Part shown: piece by piece, positions 45,078 to 53,320 of the stretch | How the letters are laid out: the number at the start of each line of letters is the position of its first letter | Numbering within the stretch: the first letter of the stretch is position 1 | Assembly (NCBI GenBank): GCA_034112165.1 | Contig: JAWUVV010000052.1 | Coordinates: 1-53,320 of the forward strand | Source of the DNA: Candidatus Altimarinota bacterium | Lineage (GTDB): Bacteria > Patescibacteriota > Gracilibacteria > BD1-5 > UBA6164 | Reading direction: 5' to 3' | DNA length: 53,320 nt | Made by a program: the position numbers and the translations under genes | Notes under the pieces: model-generated | Told to the model about the DNA's origin: nothing | The model's input: only the letters and a program-made list of their open reading frames with translations | The model's database searches: none

Positions 45078-46958
45078 ATGTCTCAAAAAATAATTACACT
45101 TTCGAAACAACTTGCCAACCAAATAGCAGCTGGGGAGGTTGTGGAGCGACCACTCTCAGTAGTGAAAGAGCTAGTAGAGAACTCACTTGATGCTGGAGCT
45201 ACAAAGCTCGAGATTTATTTAAAAAATGGTGGAATTGATGAGATTATCGTAAAAGATAATGGTCAGTGAATTCCTTGAGATCAATTGATCCTGGCTCTTG
45301 AGAAATACTCAACTTCAAAAATTCAAAGTATAGAGGACCTATATAAAGTGATGACTTTTGGTTTCAGGGGAGAGGCTCTTGCGAGTATTGCCTCAGTGAG
45401 TGAGTTTTCTATTAGTTCAAAAACTGCTGATTGTAAAAATGCCAAGCAAGTGATAAGTGAGGGAGGAGAAAATATTTCTGAGCAAATAATAGCCCATGAA
45501 ATAGGGACAAGCGTTAAAGTATCAAAATTGTTTTTTAATACTCCAGCAAGACTTGCGTACCTGAAAAAACCGAGAACGGAGTATCTTAAAATTCAAGAAT
45601 TTATTCAAAAAATAGCACTTATTTATCCAAATGTATGACTGAGCTTACATCATGATGATAAAGGAGTCTATAATTTCCCAGTAGGACAAAGTATCCAGGA
45701 ACGTATTTATGAGATATTTGGAGGAGAGTTTTCAGAAAATATGAGAATACTTTCTCACGAATTCTCATGAATAAAGGTTTCTTGATATATTACAGACCCT
45801 AAAATTTCTTTTAAAAATAAAAATCGGCAACTCTTATATGTAAATAAGAGAGTCATATGATCTCCTATGATTTCAAAGGCTATTTATGATGCGTATAATA
45901 GGTTTATTCCTCATGGAAACCAACCTGGATATATTCTCTCTATTGATATTGATCCAACTCAGGTTGATGTCAATGTGCATCCAAGAAAAATGGAAGTGAG
46001 ATTTGCGTGAGAAGCAACAATATTTCGATCTGTATATCATGGTATCAAGGATGAACTTGAAAGAGTGAGCTTAGTAGGTAATCCCCTAGTTTCTGTAAGC
46101 CCTCACTCTTGAATTCTCTCTCCCTTGGGGGAGAAAGAGGCTGCAAAAGAAACTCCCCTCTCCTCCAAAGGAGAGGGGCTGGGGGTGAGGGAGCAGTATT
46201 ATACAGGTTCATGAACTAAATTTAAAAATTATTCTCCCTATAAAAATACGGGTAGTAATCCATCGCAGGCTTCTATAGATTTTAGTAGAGAAATACTAGG
46301 GAATAACAATGCAGCTTCATCTCTCCTGGCAGGAGAGAATTGAGAGAGGTCTTATCAGGAAAACACTGGAAGTAATCTCTGAGACCTACGAGAGACACCA
46401 CTATGACGAATAGTAGGACAGGTTCATAACTCATACATAGTAGTTCAAACAGATACTGGTCTACAGATACTTGATCAACATGCTCTCGCAGAGCGCGTTA
46501 TATATGAGAAACTCGCAAATGCTTCTTATGCTCCACAAATCCAATGACTTCTATGAGGGATTGGAATGCATCTCATAGTAAATGAGTTAGAGGTGCTTGA
46601 AACATATTTGCAAGATTTTGAAAATATGGGTTTTGAAATCGAGATACTTTCAAATAGTAATATATTGATATCTAGTATTCCTGATTTTATGTCAGGGCAA
46701 AATATAGAAAAATCTTTTCAAAAAATACTATCAGATATCTCATGAGTGTGATCTACATGACTGGAAGAAATTCGTCATAAAATATGGGCGTATACCGCGT
46801 GTCGCTCAGCTGTTAAGTTTTGAGACTCACTGAGTATATTTGAAATAAATAAACTCTTACATGATGCAGCTATAGACTACAGCGCGACATGTCCACATGG
46901 ACGACCTGTTGTGTATGACATAAGCTTAGAAGAATTATTAGGAAAATATGAGAGGTAA
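45078..46958 (+). CDS. mutL: DNA mismatch repair protein MutL (626 aa) with element insertion in the linker
   Basis: [37 protein letters not shown], and the C-terminal [11 protein letters not shown] and ACRSAVKF[TGA]D motifs. Confidence 0.9.
46100..46191. mobile_element. Miniature hairpin element in frame in the mutL inter-domain linker
   Basis: CCCTCACTCTTGAATTCTCTCTCCCTTGGGGGAGAAAGAGGCT ... CCCCTCTCCTCCAAAGGAGAGGGGCTGGGGGTGAGGG. The first 23 nt are identical to the reverse complement of the fmt element's right end. It encodes [31 protein letters not shown]. Confidence 0.55.
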
Positions 46959-46971
46959 AAACATAATGAAC

Positions 46972-47015
46972 AGACTGGTCTTACGTACTTGAAATAAGTT
47001 ACGTAAGACCGGTCT
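46972..47015. terminator. Bidirectional terminator between mutL and the pilin operon
   Basis: 16-bp stem AGACTGGTCTTACGTA/TACGTAAGACCGGTCT with one G-T pair. Contains AAGACCGGTCTT. Confidence 0.8.
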
Positions 47016-47027
47016 TAGTGTAGGAAG

Positions 47028-47429
47028 TTATATCTTATATATCCATGGAGCAATTGCGTTGAGTATCACTCATGATAGTAATAGGATAATAAGACCGGTG
47101 AGGGTCTTCACTATTCTATCTTTTGCTCCTGTTTTAAGTCCATCGTTAATACCTGCCATAGAGTAGAGTATACCGTTTATCACTATAAATAATACACTTG
47201 CAAGTGCGGCAATGAGAGTGAAGTATTTTATTATTCCTCAAAATAAGTCCATTACGCTTCAAAAACCTGCTTGAACCTGACAGGTATATATTCCATCACT
47301 ATCCGCACCTCAACAGTTTGCTCAGGGTATGTATTCCGTAACTTGCACTTCTATGTATGCGGCTCAAACTTGCTGAGCTAGGAAGAAATAACTTAGGAGT
47401 ATAATGCTCAGTAGTAATATTTTTTTCAT
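47028..47429 (-). CDS. T4SS pilin-like (TrbC/VirB2-type) protein, one module (133 aa)
   Basis: Signal peptide, a Cys-containing loop, then helix-loop-helix IIKYFTLIAALASVLFIVINGILYSMAGINDGLKTGAKDRIVKTLTGLIILLLSGVIL. Confidence 0.65.
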
Positions 47430-47446
47430 AATTATTTTTTAGTATA

Positions 47447-48343
47447 TTAGAAAGAGGCAAGATCAAGGAGGAAGGTATATCCTGCTAGGAGTATAAGAGT
47501 AGCAAGGAGCGTATTGATAATAATACTTTTTGCTTTCTTGACTCGCTCCTCATCACCATTTGAGGTGATAAGATAGTATGAGGCAAGCACAAGAAAGAAT
47601 ATTGCGACAGGTACTGCAAAGAAGAGAGAAAGATTCACGAGTGATTCAAAGAGATTCACTCCATCATCAATGACTCCTCCAAATGCAAGACGTTTCCACG
47701 CTTCTATTATTCCAACGAATATAAGAGCAAGTATAGTGTAGAGTATCTTGTTTTTTGCTTCTTTCATTTTTTCTTCTTTTCCTCTTGAAGTCATGAGTTG
47801 TATACCAGCAAGTGTTATCATAAACACGGCTCATAGGAAAATCATCATTTCTAAAAAAAAGACGATACTCTCATTCACGGTGAGTCAGAGTTGTACCCAA
47901 TCTACGAATAAGTTTCATGTGGTATCCGTACTTTCATTTTCAAAGACATCAGTACTAATATTTCATCAAACTGTTGTTAAGCCATCTCTTACGAAGACTC
48001 TATATAAGCTCTCAGGTATGTTGATAAATACAAGCGCAACCGCTGCATACCAAATTTGTCTTTTAGCTGATGAGAGTTGTTCTTCATCTGATCACATAGA
48101 CATTATCATCATAGCTCAGGTATATACCATATATATCACCATAATTCACATGAGAATTCTTTTTATAACTCTGAGAATTTCTATTCCTAGAATATTAATA
48201 TTTGATACACTACTTCCTCATCATGCAACATCTAGAGAAACTTTTTCTATTGCTTCTCCTCAAGGAATTACAATAGCAGCATCTACTCCTGATATATAGA
48301 TACATCAAAAAAGAAGGAGGCATGTGAGTATAATTTTTTTCAT
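47447..48343 (-). CDS. Protein with three tandem T4SS pilin-like modules (298 aa)
   Basis: Signal peptide plus three copies of hydrophobic helix - (S/T)xG(D/K)EE..K.AK - hydrophobic helix (e.g. LASYYLITSNGDEERVKKAKSIIINTLLATLILLAGY). Confidence 0.65.
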
Positions 48344-48354
48344 GGGTTTATTTT

Positions 48355-49341
48355 TTATATAATGTTTTCTGGACGCAAGAAGAAAGTAAGAATCAGAAAG
48401 TTGATTGCAAGAACAAAAAGTCCAATAGCAATGTAGATAAGTGCTTGCTTTCATTTCTTAATTTTTTCTTCATCTCAAGCAGAAAGTAGTATTTGCGCTC
48501 AGGCATAGATGATCATAAGGAGCACAATAATTGCTACAAATCCATTCATCCAATTGATAACTCGTATAATGAGTTGAATTCACTCAGACATTTCAGCGGC
48601 ATTAATACATGAGGTTTCTCATCAAATAGAAGCTCATGGTCCACAGTTAATTTTTCCATAAAATGCTTCAACGATAGTTTGAGCAATCTTTACTATAAGA
48701 AAACCAATGAGGGCATAAAAAATTGTCATTTTTCCTGATTTTATTGCTTCTTCATTCCCATTTGCGGTGACGAGTTGGTAAAATGCGAATATAGCAACCG
48801 CGATAAAAAATATTGATGCGAGGGTTTGTATCAGAGCAATCATAGGGAGAACGAGATTTTGTATCAGAGTTGCTCCTAGACTTGCATAGACTCACCTATC
48901 AAAGAGTATTTGCGTAAATACAAAGGCTATTTGCATCACGATAAGTCCTATAGTAATCCAAATGATTCATTTTTTAAAGTTTCCAAGTTCTTCTTCTGTA
49001 TTCCCTGCAAAAATAAGCTTGAGACAAATAATGAGAAAAAATATCGTAGCAATAACATAAAAAATATTTTTTAAATCACGAGCAAAACGAATAAGAGTAT
49101 TGTATATTCCTATTTCTCATCCAGTACTCACACCAATAAATTTACCATCATCAAAGTTATTGAGCTTCGTATTTTTGCTTGCGTTAACAGATTCACTCCC
49201 ATCACTCGCTCCTATTTTTAAATTATCTACATTTTGTCCTGCCTGTACGACTCATATATTTATATGCCCATCCGCGTATAAATTTCACATTCAAAAAAAT
49301 ACACTAGAGATAGCAATGATGAGAAGAATAATATACTTCAT
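48355..49341 (-). CDS. Protein with three tandem T4SS pilin-like modules (328 aa)
   Basis: Signal peptide, then modules ..LIFAGNTEEELGNFKKGIIWITIGL.., ..YQLVTANGNEEAIKSGKMTIFYALIGF.. and ..AQILLSAGDEEKIKKGKQALIYIAIGL... Confidence 0.65.
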
Positions 49342-49352
49342 AGTGTTGTAAT

Positions 49353-49397
49353 CACTCACCCCCAGCCCCTCTCTTTACACGAGAAGGGAGCAGGCTA
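49353..49397. repeat. Solo GC-rich hairpin element just upstream of the pilin operon
   Basis: CACTCACCCCCAGCCCCTCTCTTTACACGAGAAGGGAGCAGGCTAC. CTCACCCCCAGCCCC is the reverse complement of GGGGCTGGGGGTGAG in the mutL copy. Confidence 0.45.
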
Positions 49398-49526
49398 CTA
49401 AAATATTATATTTAGTATAACAGGTTTTTTCTCTATATGCGAAAACTAATAGTTGACATATATATATATATAATGGATAGAATATTTTTACAAAAATATA
49501 AACAAAAACTCTAAAAGGAGAAGATA

Positions 49527-49862
49527 ATGAAAAAGTTTTTAGGATTTATCTTCGTTCGGTTAATCAACCGAACGAAGCAAAAACACCTTGATGCTATGTT
49601 CAGGGTTCTACTTAAGGCAACAGATTTAAATTTTCAAAAATTCCGTGACTTTAATATGATCACCTTTACGGTGAACCCTGGTATGGAAGGCGAGGATTTG
49701 GAACTTCTGGCTTTAGGGTGGTTTTTAACCTATTCATACTCATGTTCAAGAGGGACAGAAACAAAGCTTGCGCGATTAACATCTCGTGCGGACTTTTGTC
49801 CAAAATTTTTATCATTGATTTCAGTGATGCATCAACATCGTCTTTCGTGTATGAATGGATAA
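49527..49862 (+). CDS. Uncertain: 111-codon ORF or structured RNA/DNA site
   Basis: An AAGGAG lies 8 nt before the ATG; most genes here lack such a Shine-Dalgarno sequence. The ORF has no TGA codon and a terminator follows. It is GC-richer than its surroundings, contains a perfect 12-bp hairpin (49549-49576), and its peptide is unlike any family I know. Confidence 0.3.
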   Translation: MKKFLGFIFVRLINRTKQKHLDAMFRVLLKATDLNFQKFRDFNMITFTVNPGMEGEDLELLALGWFLTYSYSCSRGTETKLARLTSRADFCPKFLSLISVMHQHRLSCMNG

Positions 49863-49878
49863 TGTTGATTAAATATAG

Positions 49879-49912
49879 AATCAGCCCTAGCTTGGGGCTG
49901 ATTTTGCTTTTT
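49879..49912 (+). terminator. Rho-independent terminator
   Basis: AATCAGCCC/GGGCTGATT stem followed by TTGCTTTTT. Confidence 0.7.
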
Positions 49913-49958
49913 AGGGAAAAAAATATATAATAAGAGAAATATTTTGTAAAAATATATT

Positions 49959-50219
49959 ATGGCTGTAATAAGTGTAGAAGTACCAGATAGATTGTCTGTA
50001 GGAATACAAAAAGATACCGTGATAGATTTTGATACACTTGAGGAAATGATGAGCATTATTGCTAGAGATGAAAAATTAGAATGATTTGATGATCCAGAAT
50101 TTATGTCTTTCTTAGAAAAATCTATAGAAAAAGGGAGAGCTAATATCCGTGAAGGAAGGTATCAAGTATATGATGATACATTAAAATCGAATCTTATCAC
50201 TCGACTCTTTGATAAATAA
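49959..50219 (+). CDS. Putative antitoxin (86 aa)
   Basis: Small acidic ORF that ends 3 nt before the ParE/RelE-like toxin gene. One TGA. Confidence 0.5.
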
Positions 50220-50222
50220 TAT

Positions 50223-50519
50223 ATGAAAAAGTATGTTATTAAAATATCAGAGTTTGCGCTGCAAAATATGGATAAAATTTTAGATTTTATTTTTCTGGAT
50301 TCTTCTGACAATGCTATTACATTTGCTCTATGACTCTCAAAGAAAATTCAATCCTTAGAATATTTTCCAAATTCAGGGAAAAGATTTCCATATAGTGTAA
50401 GGGCTAAAATTTATAAATCACATTATATTATCTATGAAATAGACGAGCCTCACGGAGTTGTCGAGATTACAACGGTTGTAAGTTGCAGAAACTATAAAGC
50501 GTATAAAAAATACCTGTAG
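50223..50519 (+). CDS. ParE/RelE-family toxin (98 aa)
   Basis: The pattern I.IS..A..(N/D)(M/L)..I..(F/Y)I......A..F...L......L..FP..G.......R......Y.I.Y.I.......V.I is typical of plasmid-stabilisation ParE toxins. Confidence 0.65.
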
Positions 50520-50534
50520 ATATCTACAGGTATT
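50509..50534. terminator. Bidirectional terminator between the toxin gene and the coupling-protein gene
   Basis: ACCTGTAGAT|ATCTACAGGT perfect palindrome, flanked by an A-run and a T-run. Confidence 0.7.
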
Positions 50535-50537
50535 TTT

Positions 50538-53192
50538 TTAGTCATTATTCATAATTCAAAGCCTTGCCTCTATTTCAATATCTACGTATTTCTTTTTACG
50601 TCCATATTTCTTTCGAGAATATTCTTTTATAATTGCTGCGGCTTTAAGGTTTTTGTAACTATTATCCCATATAGTTTTCATATCAAAGGGGCGAGTTGTG
50701 GAGTTATCAATGTTGAGTTTGAGATAGGTCGTATAATTGGCTACTCAGATGATATCCTGCTGTGATAAAAGAGGGGCATATTCCTTTTCCATATACTCAG
50801 CATCATCAGCACCAACTTTAAATGATTGGATGGTTCCGGCATTACCAAATACGGCATCTTTAATAGAGGGTTTATCTCATTTTCCAGAATTTCCTCAAAT
50901 TTGCGCGATAAACTGATGAGCCATGATGAGAGCAAGTTTATATTTACGAGCCTCAGAAAGTATTTCTCCAAAGGTCTCTGTTGCAAAGTTTTGGAACTCA
51001 TCAACGTACATATAAAATTCTTTCCGCTCATCTTCTGGTATATCTGCTCTACTCATCGCTGCCATATTTATTTTTGATACGAATATCAAACCAAGCAGCT
51101 GCGCATTAAGAGCTCCTATTTTACCTTTCGAGAGGTTAACAAGAAGTATTTTCCTGTTATCCATAACGTCACGCAGGTTAAAGGCTGATTTTGGCTGACC
51201 TATTATATTACGAATCGTAGAATTAGTAATAAATGGACCAAATTTTGCAGAGAAATATGGTATCATTTCTTGTTTTTCTCTATCACCCGTATTTGCATAT
51301 TCGTGTTCCCAAAATGATTTCACGACAGGGTTTTTGAGATTTCGAGTTTTATATTTCATAAACGCTTCATCAACAAAGAGTCTTGGTACATCTATAAGCG
51401 TTCCTCCATCTTCGACATCTTCCATCAGAGTGAGACATCCATTACGGAAGTAATGCTGGATACGTGGACCAAATATTTCATCTCCAAATATTTTAATAAA
51501 TATTTCCGTAGCATCCATAGCAGCTCTATCCATTTCACGTTTTCTAATATCAGGATCAGTAGCGATAATATCCAGCATATTAAGTCCCATTGGCCTGTCT
51601 GTATCAGAAGGATCAAAGATAATAACGTCCTTCGCTCGCTCTTTTGGTACAAAGGCAAGTACATCCTCAACGAGATCTCCATGTGGGTCTATGACACATA
51701 TACCATCTCCGTTCCAAACGTCCTGACGAGCTAGGTATCCAATATACACTGATTTACCTCAACCAGATTTTCAGATAATATATTGATGACGACCACGGTC
51801 TTTTCTATCAAAATATATGGGAGTCTTTTTATTTCTATACTCATTCCATCCAAGGAGTACAGCATCTTTGTAAACGGGAAAACCTCATAGATGTCTATGA
51901 ACTTGCTCCATTTCTCACGTTGTAGTGTTTTTTTCCTCAAGCATAGTTGGGTTGCTTGGGTATTTGAGATTATGTGGAACGGGAAGTTTTTTATATTCGA
52001 GCCAATTTATAATAGGGGATTTATTATATGTAATATCTGGCATATGATAGAGAGTCGACGCTTCATCTGCTGAAAATACAGATTTATTTTGAAAGAATCC
52101 TACGAGTTTATGCCGAAAGGCAAAATGACGAATAGGAGTAAATATCCAAGGAAGAGAGTCTTCATAGAGTTGAGGATTATCAAGAGCATTATTATACTCA
52201 TCAGTAAATATACTGGCAGCAGCTACAATAGCATGAACGGCATTTTCAGCTTGCCTATGAGTTTTAGAGGCAACGATAATACGTATTGACGTTTCAAAAC
52301 CTGGTTGCGCTGCTGACTCACCCATAACTTTCTGACTTTCTGTTTCTGCCTGGTTGAATATCTTATATGCATCTCACTCACTTGCTCCGGGAGCACTGTT
52401 TCATCCTACCATATCTTCTGGTCATTCTACGAGTGCCATTATTGGGTTAAAGAGCCAACTTAGAGGACGAGAAATAATTGAAAGGAGTCCAAATTTTCTA
52501 TTCTTTTTATATTTTCACTTTGCTACCATGCCGGCTGCTTTCATAGCTTTTTGATTCCACTTTGAACTGATGGGCTTAATAACTACTTGGTACACGGCTT
52601 TATCATTTTTATCAAGCCCACCAAATACATTGGTGAAGTTGTTTATTGGATCATCCTCAAGATATTTAAACGTTTTAATAGGAAAGTAATCATCATGTTC
52701 TTTTCCAAGAGAGGCTGCGCGCATTTTATATCATGGTTGACTCAGATTAATATAATCTTTTTTTTCAACGCGGAGTATTTCAGCATCATTATAAATAGAG
52801 GTGATATGCTGTGATACGAGATTTACATAATTTTCATAGGTCACAATAAAAAATGTTACCTCTCCTCTTTCGTATACTAACTCGAGAGATACTTTTGAAT
52901 GCCCAAACACGAAGTTGAGAAGAGTATCACGAAGACCTGCTTCAGCCAGCTTATGTATTGCCTTATAAAACATCGACATTTGACCAATTTTTTCCTTGAA
53001 ATCCTTTTTAGTTTCCCTTTCTTTATCCAGCTTTGAATCCGCTCTTGGGAGTGTGATCTGTAGGTATCTTAAATTCTTTGAGTAATAGAGCTCAAACATA
53101 AGTCTGAGGGTCTTCCATATAATAAATAGTACTATTAATAGAGCTCAGACTTTGATAATCACGTCAAGGAGACTATCAAAAGTCCCTCACAT
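50538..53192 (-). CDS. VirD4/TraD-like type IV secretion coupling ATPase (at least 884 aa; 5' limit uncertain)
   Basis: Four track ORFs join in one frame through TGA codons.
- Walker A: [TGA]KS[TGA][TGA]GKS.
- Walker B: FYMYVDEFQNF.
- C-terminal part: VFGNAGTIQSFKVGADDAEY.
- N-terminal TM helix: VIIKVGALLIVLFIIW.
The ORF has no stop up to the window edge. ATG at 53192 is the most upstream Met. Confidence 0.8.
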
Positions 53193-53320
53193 AGAGTCTC
53201 ACAGTCAACTAAAAAATCATCCAGATGATTCTCACTCCTCTGCCTTATTTCAGCTAGACCCTGGAGTTTGTTGGATAGCTCTCCCCAGCGCTGCAGATGC
53301 TGAGCTATGGAACGCGAGTA

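Noticed and set aside
29600-49400. The recurring GC-rich hairpins as a CRISPR array.
   Set aside because: The copies are dispersed over 20 kb and irregularly spaced, they occur in both orientations, and several are inside coding sequences. There is no repeat-spacer periodicity and no cas genes.
49453-49474. TTGACA ... TATAAT as a canonical sigma-70 promoter.
   Set aside because: The spacer between the hexamers is only about 10 nt within a TA-repeat run, which is not compatible with a standard 16-18-nt spacing.
49500-49905. RNase P RNA, tmRNA or SRP RNA in the GC-richer unit.
   Set aside because: Only partial look-alikes were found: ACAGAAAC..GCUU on the plus strand and AAAGUCCG on the opposite strand. 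There is no P4 pairing partner, no tmRNA 5' GGGG/3' T-arm-ACCA, and no SRP GGAAGCAGC-type motif. It is kept only as an unclassified candidate.
1-53320. Apparent massive pseudogenisation: every conserved gene is split into several short standard-code ORFs.
   Set aside because: All breaks are TGA at conserved Gly positions and the fragments are always in frame. This is a genetic-code effect (table 25), not gene decay. I found no frameshifted gene.

Overview
AT-rich (about one-third GC by eye) bacterial chromosome segment that only makes sense under genetic code 25 (TGA = Gly), i.e. a Gracilibacteria/Absconditabacteria-type CPR lineage. The supplied standard-code ORF track breaks nearly every gene at TGA. 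Re-reading TGA as Gly gives about 48 tightly packed genes, all ending in TAA or TAG.

Content from left to right:
- An LRR lipoprotein and a 1337-aa SLH-anchored surface (S-layer-like) protein.
- A minimal type IV pilus/T2SS-like cluster: a PilB-like ATPase, PilC and two unknown membrane proteins.
- DNA repair and housekeeping genes: dinG with an exonuclease domain, a pseudouridine synthase, murB, uvrA, comF, pepA, ctp, glyA, a WecA-like GT4, fmt, prmC, fusA, rny, efp, lgt, comEC, gatA, rplS and mutL.
- The start of a type IV secretion-like island: three genes carrying 1+3+3 tandem T4SS-pilin-like modules, an odd GC-richer unit, a ParE/RelE toxin-antitoxin pair, and a VirD4/TraD-like coupling ATPase that runs to the right edge.

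Most unusual observations:
1. A family of GC-rich terminal-inverted-repeat hairpin elements. One copy carries a DUF559 (PD-(D/E)XK, Vsr-like) endonuclease module inserted in frame inside fmt. An ORF-less miniature copy lies 330 bp downstream. Further miniature or solo copies sit in frame in mutL, in the fmt N-terminus and in a small ORF, which resembles Rickettsia palindromic elements.
2. Triplicated pilin modules fused into single polypeptides.
3. An over-represented AGACCGGTCT palindrome confined to terminators in a genome that encodes DNA-uptake genes.
4. Very uneven use of the recoded TGA codon between genes.

I recognised no rRNA, tRNA or CRISPR array.
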